From Candidatus Zhuqueibacterota bacterium (GTDB lineage: Bacteria; Zhuqueibacterota; Zhuqueibacteria; Residuimicrobiales; Oceaniaggregativiventaceae): 64,000 bases of DNA. The translations under genes were made by a program, and so were the position numbers. Location of the stretch: positions 2,448 through 66,447 of the forward strand of contig WJME01000070.1 of the NCBI GenBank assembly GCA_014728115.1. Reading direction: 5' to 3'. Below the pieces are notes generated by a model. It did no database searches. It was not told where the DNA came from and worked only from the letters and a program-made list of their open reading frames with translations. Positions 34,806 through 42,699 of this stretch are shown here, in pieces (position 1 is the stretch's first letter; each line of letters begins with the position of its first letter).

Positions 34806-35658
34806 TTTATATCTTGCAAGATTTTATCTATATGTGAGCTTGATAATGCTTACAAGCTTTTATCATAACTTTGCACAAGCTCCGCAATATGGGAATGCCG
34901 CTGGGAAGACGCTGAAAAACATGTTTCAATCAAAGACAAACTCAAATATAAACTTAAAAATCGGATATATAAATCAAACAGAAATCAAGAATCAAGAACT
35001 AGACACTTTCTTGACAATTTTATCAAAATGGCAAAGCAATAAATTGGTCATTGCAAAATATGCCTTGTCCTACTTTGATGAATCATACGAAATTTTAAAT
35101 GTAGAACAGCTAGAAGGACTAGGCTCGTTATTGTTCACCTATCCAAAGGAATATTTTTTTTTGCTAGACGAGCAAAATATCATTCGTTATAGCGGTACTC
35201 CTCCTACTTTGAACAATCTATCAGAAATAATAAAAAAATACATCTCTCATGATTTCGCATCACTTGATAAAAAAAGATTATTTGAACTAGTCCTAAAAAA
35301 TCCTTGCAAGCGTCAAATAACTCTGAAACAACTCGTAAAAACCAAAAATGTAGTGTGTGTTTTCTATACCAATTCCTGCACGACTTGCAAAGAGGAATAT
35401 TTGGAAGAATTTTTTGCATTAGTTCAAAAAAGCCAAGCAAAGATCGAACTGGTCTTGATTGCACCAAAAGAGTTAAATAACAACTCAAATTCATTCACAA
35501 GCCTATTTATGGTATATACAATCGATCCAACTAATTATGATCTCTATTCCGCAGGTAATCCCTTGGTTGTGTTATTTAAGGGAGGTAAAATATTTAAGAT
35601 GTTCACGTCAAAACTGGAAATATATTCAGATTTGACAAAATTTCTTAATGCGCTATGA
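34795..35658 (+). CDS. Signal-anchored thioredoxin-fold protein (TlpA-like) with a CTTC active-site motif
   Basis: The N-terminal hydrophobic segment is LARFYLYVSLIMLTSFY. VVCVFYTNSCTTCKEEYLEEFFAL matches the redoxin WCxxC context. It overlaps the upstream gene by 11 nt and the downstream gene by 4 nt. Confidence 0.6.
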   Translation: MNNNLYLARFYLYVSLIMLTSFYHNFAQAPQYGNAAGKTLKNMFQSKTNSNINLKIGYINQTEIKNQELDTFLTILSKWQSNKLVIAKYALSYFDESYEILNVEQLEGLGSLLFTYPKEYFFLLDEQNIIRYSGTPPTLNNLSEIIKKYISHDFASLDKKRLFELVLKNPCKRQITLKQLVKTKNVVCVFYTNSCTTCKEEYLEEFFALVQKSQAKIELVLIAPKELNNNSNSFTSLFMVYTIDPTNYDLYSAGNPLVVLFKGGKIFKMFTSKLEIYSDLTKFLNAL

Positions 35659-36254
35659 ATTGCCAATTCGTAAATGTTATTCTATTACTAGTATTATATA
35701 TGTTTCCGGGCCAAATACAAAAAATGGACACTGAAAATCACTCGATACTAGGAAAATTATCTGGACGAACGATTAGTATTCCATTATTTCAAAAAAGATT
35801 TCGAATTAATCCAAACATAAAATTCGCGCAGGATATACTCAAGCAGAATCAAACTCTTATCATTGAATGCGCAAATAACGCAAACATTTCTCCCAAACTT
35901 CTTGCTGTTACGATTTATTGTGAATGTTATTTCAATCCACCGGAGTTACAGCTTTTAGAAAAGTGTCTCCTGGTATTAGGAGCGCAAATTAATCACTTAC
36001 CGGATTTATCCGTCGGTCCAGCCCAAATTCGCCTCAGTACGGCCTATTCATACTATCAATCCTCCCAAAAAAATCGCAGCTTTCTCGGCCATTTCATTTT
36101 GACAAAAAAAACAACCGCTCTGTTGCTGATTGATGATCAAATGAATATCGAACTCTGTGCTCGTCTTTTACAATTTTATCAGGAATGGGTGTTATTATCT
36201 GCAAAGATCCCACCATCCAAGCAAACTCTAATTGAACATTGTTCAACGTACTAA
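35655..36254 (+). CDS. Secreted protein with a possible lysozyme/lytic-transglycosylase-like core
   Basis: Hydrophobic N-terminus MNCQFVNVILLLVLYMFPG. ISPKLLAVTIYCECYFNPPE...DLSVGPAQIRLSTAY resembles the SLT pattern (catalytic E followed by GxxQI), but the match is loose. Confidence 0.4.
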   Translation: MNCQFVNVILLLVLYMFPGQIQKMDTENHSILGKLSGRTISIPLFQKRFRINPNIKFAQDILKQNQTLIIECANNANISPKLLAVTIYCECYFNPPELQLLEKCLLVLGAQINHLPDLSVGPAQIRLSTAYSYYQSSQKNRSFLGHFILTKKTTALLLIDDQMNIELCARLLQFYQEWVLLSAKIPPSKQTLIEHCSTY

Positions 36255-36417
36255 AACGCAGGAATCACTGCTGATGTGAAATCATACATCGCATATGGAC
36301 ATCTGATTTACCTGTTGTGTGAATTCGAACCGTTTATCCAACAAAACTTTTAGTTTTCCTGAATCTTTTCACACCCTATTCTATCATACTAGTGTACCCA
36401 ATTCCCCGGAGGTTATC

Positions 36418-38871
36418 GTGAAAAAAATACTGATTGTCGGAGGCGTTGCCGGTGGCGCCACCACGGCGGCACGGTTGCGCCGGCGCAATGAAAAAGCCAA
36501 AATTATCATTTTTGAACGGGGCAAATATATTTCCTATGCGAATTGCGGCCTGCCCTATTATATCGGCGGCACCATATCTGACCGCGATAAACTGTTCGTG
36601 CAAACGCCTGAAGGCTTTTCTCAACGCTTTAACCTGGATGTACGGGTACGAAATGAGGTACTGGCCATCGATCGCGAGAAAAAAAGTGTCAAAGTCAAAA
36701 ACCTCGAAACACAAGAGGTATATACGGAATCCTATGATACTCTGGTGCTGTCCCCCGGTGCTGAACCGGTCAAACCTCCGATTCCGGGAATCAACTCGAA
36801 AAACATTTTCACCCTTCGCAATGTACCCGATACCGACCGCATCAAAGAATATCTGGATACTGCCAAGCCCAGGCGGGCGGTCATTGTGGGAGCCGGATTT
36901 ATCGGACTCGAGATGGCCGAGAACCTGCATCGTCAGGGCATCTTTGTCACGATTGTCGAGATGGCCGAACAGGTCATGACGCCCCTGGATTATGAAATGG
37001 CCGCGGCCGTGCACCAGCATCTGCGTACCAAAAATGTAGAGTTTTATCTCAAGGATGCGGTCTCGTCGTTCGGACAGGAAAACGGCAAGCTGTCGGTGCG
37101 GCTGCAAAGCGGACGGGAATTACCCACGGATCTGGTCATCCTCTCTATCGGCGTCAAACCCGAAAGCAAGCTCGCCAGGGACGCCGGTCTGGAGATCGGT
37201 GAAACCGGTGGAATCAAGGTCAACAAACATCTGCAGACCTCTGATCCCCATATCTATGCCGTGGGCGATGCGATTGAATTCAAAAACCCCATCATCAAAA
37301 AACAAATGATCGCTTATCTGGCCGGGCCAAGCAATAAACAAGGCCGTATCGCTGCAGACAATATCATTGACGGCAATGAGCACACCTATCCCGGTACCAT
37401 CGCCACTGCAATTGCAAAGGTGTTCGACCTGACCGTGGCGTCTACTGGTGTTTCGGAAAAGGCGTTACGACAGCACGAGATTCCTTATATTGCTTCGATC
37501 ATTCACGCCTCTTCCCATGCCGGCTATTATCCGGATGCACAGCCAATGACCATCAAAATCCAGTTTTCGCCGAAAAAAGGCCGGCTGCTGGGTGCACAGA
37601 TCGTGGGATCAGAGGGAGTGGACAAGCGGATAGATCTTTTGGCAGCGATCATTAAACAAGACGGGACCATTTATGATCTCGAAGACCTGGAACACGCCTA
37701 TGCCCCACCCTTTTCATCAGCCAAGGACCCGGTCAATCAGGCCGGTTTTGCGGCAGAAAATATTCTGCAGGGACTGGTACACATCGTGCACTGGTACGAT
37801 ATCGTGGAGCGGGACAGTGACCGTGATGTCCTGGTGGATGTGCGAACCCCCCAGGAGATCGAGCTGGGTACAATTGAAGACTCGCTGTTGATTCCCCTTG
37901 ATGAATTACGCGATCGTTTGGAGGAAATTCCAAAAGAAAAGCGGGTGATCATCTATTGTGCGGCAGGTTTGAGAGGCTATCTGGCAGCACGTATTCTAAA
38001 GCAGAATGGATTCGAAAATGTGTTCAATCTTTCAGGCGGATACAAAACCTTTGTGCATGCCACACAAAAGCAGAGCAACGAGGATATCTATGACCGTATC
38101 TATATTCACAAAGACGATGTCATCTATTCAGCCAATCCTGAACTCACCACGAAACACAGCCAGGAATTACCCCTGATAGAGCTGGATGCCAGCGGTTTAC
38201 AGTGCCCCGGTCCGATTGTCAGGTTGCGCGAAGCCCTCACCACGGCCCAGGCATATCAGCGCATCCGCATTACCGCCACAGATCCGGGATTTCGCCACGA
38301 TGTCCAGGCCTGGTGCCATATGACAGGGAATCGATTGCTTTCTCTTGAGGAAAAAGAGGAGCGATTTATTGCTGTGGTGCAAAAATCTCCGATCAGCGAG
38401 GTCAAGAAAGCCTTTGACCAGCGCAATTTTACTCAAATCGTCTTTAGCGACGAGCCTGACAAAGCACTTGCGACCCTGATGCTCGCAAATTCGGCAGCAT
38501 CATCGGGGAAAAAAGTGACTTTGTTTTTCACCTTTTGGGGATTAAATCTTTTGCGAAAGACGTTTAAACCCCATTTTCATGCCGGACGCGACTGGTCGTC
38601 CATGCAATGGCTGCAGGATAAACAAAATGGCAAAAAACAGCTGCAACGATTGGGATTCGATGATGACCTCTCTGCCGATAAAAGAGATCGGAATCCATTG
38701 CAAATCATGTTACAAACCGCCCATAAAAATAATGTTCGATTTGTGGCCTGCCAAATGTCCATGGATATGCTCGGTATCGATCGTTCTGAACTGATCGACG
38801 ACCTCGAAATCAGTGGCATGGCAGCCTATCTCGATATGGCCGACCAGGCTCATGTCAATTTGTTTGTCTAG
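36418..38871 (+). CDS. Four-domain sulfur-trafficking fusion: CoA-disulfide/persulfide reductase + rhodanese + TusA + DsrE-like
   Basis: I chose the GTG start at 36418 (GGAGG 5 nt upstream). KILIVGGVAGGATTAARLRR...SYANCGLPYYIGG is the CoADR/Nox active-site Cys. IIYCAAGLRGYLAARILKQNGF is the rhodanese loop. LDASGLQCPGPIVRL is the TusA CPxP motif. KVTLFFTFWGLNLL...VRFVACQMSMDMLGI is the DsrE/DrsE-like motif. Confidence 0.85.
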   Translation: MKKILIVGGVAGGATTAARLRRRNEKAKIIIFERGKYISYANCGLPYYIGGTISDRDKLFVQTPEGFSQRFNLDVRVRNEVLAIDREKKSVKVKNLETQEVYTESYDTLVLSPGAEPVKPPIPGINSKNIFTLRNVPDTDRIKEYLDTAKPRRAVIVGAGFIGLEMAENLHRQGIFVTIVEMAEQVMTPLDYEMAAAVHQHLRTKNVEFYLKDAVSSFGQENGKLSVRLQSGRELPTDLVILSIGVKPESKLARDAGLEIGETGGIKVNKHLQTSDPHIYAVGDAIEFKNPIIKKQMIAYLAGPSNKQGRIAADNIIDGNEHTYPGTIATAIAKVFDLTVASTGVSEKALRQHEIPYIASIIHASSHAGYYPDAQPMTIKIQFSPKKGRLLGAQIVGSEGVDKRIDLLAAIIKQDGTIYDLEDLEHAYAPPFSSAKDPVNQAGFAAENILQGLVHIVHWYDIVERDSDRDVLVDVRTPQEIELGTIEDSLLIPLDELRDRLEEIPKEKRVIIYCAAGLRGYLAARILKQNGFENVFNLSGGYKTFVHATQKQSNEDIYDRIYIHKDDVIYSANPELTTKHSQELPLIELDASGLQCPGPIVRLREALTTAQAYQRIRITATDPGFRHDVQAWCHMTGNRLLSLEEKEERFIAVVQKSPISEVKKAFDQRNFTQIVFSDEPDKALATLMLANSAASSGKKVTLFFTFWGLNLLRKTFKPHFHAGRDWSSMQWLQDKQNGKKQLQRLGFDDDLSADKRDRNPLQIMLQTAHKNNVRFVACQMSMDMLGIDRSELIDDLEISGMAAYLDMADQAHVNLFV

Positions 38872-39094
38872 CCCGAACCAAAAAGACTCTAGGCTCTAGG
38901 CCCGATGCGCGCTGCACTTTTGTCACACACCCTGCCATATTGACGGTCGGACAATGGCAGAAAAGACAATCATAAATTTTTGCCGCTGATTTTATTATAT
39001 TTACATTCACAAAAAAACTTGCATGATTTTTGCACACCCTGATGCGATTAAAGTGCATAAATCTTACACCTCATAAATACGGAGATTTCTTACA

Positions 39095-41002
39095 ATGGCT
39101 GAACAGGCTCAATCCTATCAGTTTCAAGCAGAGATACAGCAACTGCTGGATATCTTGACGCATTCGCTGTATACCCATCGGGATATCTATATCCGCGAGT
39201 TGATTTCAAACTCGGCCGACGCATTGGATAAAGTACGCTACAAAACCGTTACCGGCCAGGAGGTGATGAATCCCGAATTGAATCTGGATATTCGCATCGA
39301 GCTGGATGACAAAAAAAATACCTTTATCATCAAAGATACAGGCATCGGCATGACCAAGGACGAGCTCATCGAAAACATCGGTACGATCGCTCGTTCAGGA
39401 ACCGGTGAATTTATCAAGCAAATGACACAGGATGATAAAAAAGATATCAACCTGATCGGGCGATTTGGGGTCGGTTTCTATTCTGTCTTTATGGTCGCCG
39501 AAAAAGTGGAAATCACCAGCAGATCTGCAACCAGCGGAGAGCCTGCGTGGAACTGGATCAGCGACGGCAAGGGCTCATTTGAGATCATCGAGGGTCCTCA
39601 GGACGCTCCACGGGGAACCACGATCAAGGTCTTTTTGAAAGAGGATGCCAAAGATTTTGCGCAAAAATGGCAAGTCGAGTCTGCGATCAAAAAATATTCC
39701 AACTTTGTCCCCTTTCCGATTCTGGTAGATAACGAACAGATCAACACCCTGAATGCGATCTGGCGTGAACCAAAGTCTTCGGTCAAAGACGAGCAATACA
39801 ATGAATTTTTTAAATTCATTGCCAACGAAAATGAAGATCCTTTGACCCGGCTTCATATCTCTGCCGATGTACCGATTCAGTTTCACGCACTGTTGTATAT
39901 TCCAAAAACCAACCGCGAAACCATGGGATTTGGCAAAGATGAAGAAGGAGTCAACCTGTTTGTACGCCGCGTGATGGTCGATTCGCATGCCAAAGATATT
40001 ATGCCCGATTATATGCGGTTTATTCGCGGCGTCGTGGACAGTGATGATCTTCCGTTGAATATCTCCCGTGAAACCCTGCAAGAAAATCCCTATCTCATCA
40101 AAATAAAGAATACGCTGGTAAGCAAAATGTTGTCTCACCTCAAAGAATTGCAGGAAAAAGATTGGGATACCTTTAAACAAATCTGGAAGGCACATGGCCG
40201 GATCCTCAAAGAAGGATACATGGATTTCAGCAACAAGGATAAACTGGCAGATATATTTGTTTTCGATTCGTCACACCGCAAAACCGATGAGCCTCTTGTT
40301 TCTCTGAAAACTTATGTCAGTCGCATGAAAGAGAACCAGGATGCGATCTATTTCCTCTCTGGACAAAATCGGGATGCTCTAGACACCAATCCCTCTGCCG
40401 AAATCTTTCGCTCAAAAGGTATTGAAGTCCTCTATTGCTACGATCCGGTAGATGAATTTGCGTTGCCTGGTCTTATGGAATATGACAAAAAGAAAATCAT
40501 TTCAACAGATCAGGCAGATATCAAGGACATCGAAAAGATCAAAGGCGATGAAAAGGAACAAGAAAAAGAGCCGGAACCAGAAAAGGCTGATAAAAAAGAA
40601 CTGAAAAATCTTGCCCGTCGCATCAAAGATATTCTCGGTGACAAGATAGAAGATGTGGTACTCTCTGAACGTCTGGTGGACAGCCCGGCTTTGCTCAAAG
40701 GCACGGCTCCGGGTATGTCCTCTCAAATGGAAAAAATTATGCGAATGTGGGATGAGAATGCCCCGCAATCCAAAAAAGTCATGGAGATCAATGGCAAGCA
40801 TCCTTTGATTCTGGATATGTTGAAAATTTATCAAAAGGATGTCAAGGATCCGTTTCTCGACAAGATTGCCTGGCGTCTCTATGACAGCGTCATGTTACTC
40901 GATGGCATGATCAATGATCCCCATGCCATGGCTACAGGATTACAGGACCTCTTGACTCAATCAACACAGTTATATACACGGGAAAATGAAGAGAATAGCT
41001 GA
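39095..41002 (+). CDS. htpG: Molecular chaperone HtpG (Hsp90)
   Basis: FQAEIQQLLDILTHSLYTHRDIYIRELISNSADALDK, IGRFGVGFYSVFMVA and the overall 635-aa length match HtpG. Confidence 0.95.
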   Translation: MAEQAQSYQFQAEIQQLLDILTHSLYTHRDIYIRELISNSADALDKVRYKTVTGQEVMNPELNLDIRIELDDKKNTFIIKDTGIGMTKDELIENIGTIARSGTGEFIKQMTQDDKKDINLIGRFGVGFYSVFMVAEKVEITSRSATSGEPAWNWISDGKGSFEIIEGPQDAPRGTTIKVFLKEDAKDFAQKWQVESAIKKYSNFVPFPILVDNEQINTLNAIWREPKSSVKDEQYNEFFKFIANENEDPLTRLHISADVPIQFHALLYIPKTNRETMGFGKDEEGVNLFVRRVMVDSHAKDIMPDYMRFIRGVVDSDDLPLNISRETLQENPYLIKIKNTLVSKMLSHLKELQEKDWDTFKQIWKAHGRILKEGYMDFSNKDKLADIFVFDSSHRKTDEPLVSLKTYVSRMKENQDAIYFLSGQNRDALDTNPSAEIFRSKGIEVLYCYDPVDEFALPGLMEYDKKKIISTDQADIKDIEKIKGDEKEQEKEPEPEKADKKELKNLARRIKDILGDKIEDVVLSERLVDSPALLKGTAPGMSSQMEKIMRMWDENAPQSKKVMEINGKHPLILDMLKIYQKDVKDPFLDKIAWRLYDSVMLLDGMINDPHAMATGLQDLLTQSTQLYTRENEENS

Positions 41003-41039
41003 TCCCCGGCAGAGCCCAAATTAAGGCTAAGAACAAAGC

Positions 41040-41062
41040 GGCCCGGCGGGCTAGGCCGGGCC
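41040..41062 (+). terminator. GC-rich hairpin after htpG
   Basis: GGCCCGGC (41040-41047), a 7-nt loop, then GCCGGGCC (41055-41062). The downstream T-tract is weak (AACTTTGTTG). Confidence 0.5.
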
Positions 41063-41261
41063 AACTTTGTTGTGCACAGTACTGTTGCACCTCAGTACTG
41101 TACGGGGCGTACCATAAGAGAAGATGAGTTATGAAACGGATGTATCATGGCGGATAACGGCGGATGAAACCGTTACCTCGCGTTGTGACTCTTGTCGCAA
41201 ATGGCGGGTGAAACCATAACCGCAAGAGTTTATTCTGACACCATGTGCCGGTGAATAATCA

Positions 41262-41277
41262 GACGCAGTCTTGCGTC
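41262..41277 (-). terminator. Small hairpin after the SusD-like gene
   Basis: GACGCA-GTCT-TGCGTC, 14 nt past the stop of the minus-strand gene. On the transcript strand it is followed by TGATTATTC. Confidence 0.35.
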
Positions 41278-41290
41278 CGACACATCTAGT

Positions 41291-42685
41291 TTAATATGGA
41301 TCGTTGGGATTCCTTACCGGCTGTGCGGACGGTACCGGAATATTCGGATTGGAATTGCGTTCCAATGATCCATAATAAAGTCTGTGCGGAATCTTGACCT
41401 GGGGATCGCCGCCCCCAAAAGGCACCAAAACCGGGCGTCCGGTACGCTTCCAGTCATTATAGACTTCGACATTCAAAAACAGGGCAATATATTTCTCTTC
41501 CATAATGATATCAAACAGAGCCGCTCCCGAAACATCATCGACTGACCCTAAAACACCCTCTTGTAAACTGTATCGCTGTTCCACACCGCGGCGAACCTCA
41601 TCGATTTTCTGCCGAGCCAGGGCCTCATCGCCCATCTCAAAAGCACACTCGGCAATAATGAGTTGAGTTTCTTCCCAGGTCAATAAATCAAAGGATTTAT
41701 CCGGTCGCAAATAATGGGTCAAACTCAGGGTAGAGGCATTGGTATTATTTTCACCAGGATCCGCTCCCACATAATCACCTTCAGCATCGGGTTCAAAATA
41801 GATGTCAAGGCGAGGATCATTACGATCTTTCAGCAGGGTTACCATATAGTTACCGGCCCGAATGTAAGAGTCACGCTGACTCTGAAAATTATACCAGCCA
41901 AATTCTTCGTTGAGATTTCCGGTATGAAAGCTTTTCACACTATTGGCCCAGTCAGAGATACCGCTTTGTGCGGCAGCTATGGCATTGGCATAGTTGCTTC
42001 CATCCACTTCGGCCCAGTGCATATGCAAACGGGCTTTGAGAGAGTAACAGGCCTGTATCCATCTCTGGGCATCGCCAGCAAAAATCACATCATTGGCTGG
42101 ACTATTGGCCATAACCGTTCCCTTTTCACCACTTTGCAAATCTGCAATCGCCTCATCCAAAAGTTGCTGAAGATGAGCATAGATCTCTTCCTGGCTATCC
42201 AGTTTGGGAGTCAACACATCACCACAGGCTTCGGAATAGGGAAAATCCCCCCAAAGGCTCGAGGCCATGCCTATATTGAACGCCTCATAGAACTTTACAA
42301 TACCGGTATAAACACGGTTCCCTGCATCAGTTGTACGACTTTTGAGTTCCTTAATATCGACGAGACCGCCCTCGATAAAGAATCCGTTCATTTCATCTGA
42401 AGTGGTGTTATCGGTAATCAGATATTTGCCATAAGCGGCGGCCTGGCGATCAACACCTGCCATCTGTTGCATCCAGATACTGGTGATACGGGATAAAAGA
42501 TTTTCCTGCTGAAAAAATGTTTTCATCTGCACAGCATTAAATAGCTGGTCAGCAGAAACTTCTACAGCCCGGTTCGGGTCTTGTTGCACCTCTGGATTTT
42601 CCATAAAATTTTTTCCGCATCTGGCATTGAATAAAAGAACCAAAAAAGCTGCAAGGATGAGGAGGATTGTGTGCTTTATCTTCAT
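41291..42685 (-). CDS. SusD/RagB-family outer-membrane lipoprotein
   Basis: 464 aa. The N-terminus MKIKHTILLILAAFLVLLFNARCG has a lipobox. The gene is directly downstream (14-nt gap) of the SusC-like TonB-dependent transporter. The composition is helical and W/Y-rich, typical of SusD-like proteins. Confidence 0.7.
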   Translation of the reverse strand: MKIKHTILLILAAFLVLLFNARCGKNFMENPEVQQDPNRAVEVSADQLFNAVQMKTFFQQENLLSRITSIWMQQMAGVDRQAAAYGKYLITDNTTSDEMNGFFIEGGLVDIKELKSRTTDAGNRVYTGIVKFYEAFNIGMASSLWGDFPYSEACGDVLTPKLDSQEEIYAHLQQLLDEAIADLQSGEKGTVMANSPANDVIFAGDAQRWIQACYSLKARLHMHWAEVDGSNYANAIAAAQSGISDWANSVKSFHTGNLNEEFGWYNFQSQRDSYIRAGNYMVTLLKDRNDPRLDIYFEPDAEGDYVGADPGENNTNASTLSLTHYLRPDKSFDLLTWEETQLIIAECAFEMGDEALARQKIDEVRRGVEQRYSLQEGVLGSVDDVSGAALFDIIMEEKYIALFLNVEVYNDWKRTGRPVLVPFGGGDPQVKIPHRLYYGSLERNSNPNIPVPSAQPVRNPNDPY

Positions 42686-42699
42686 GTCATATCTCCATC

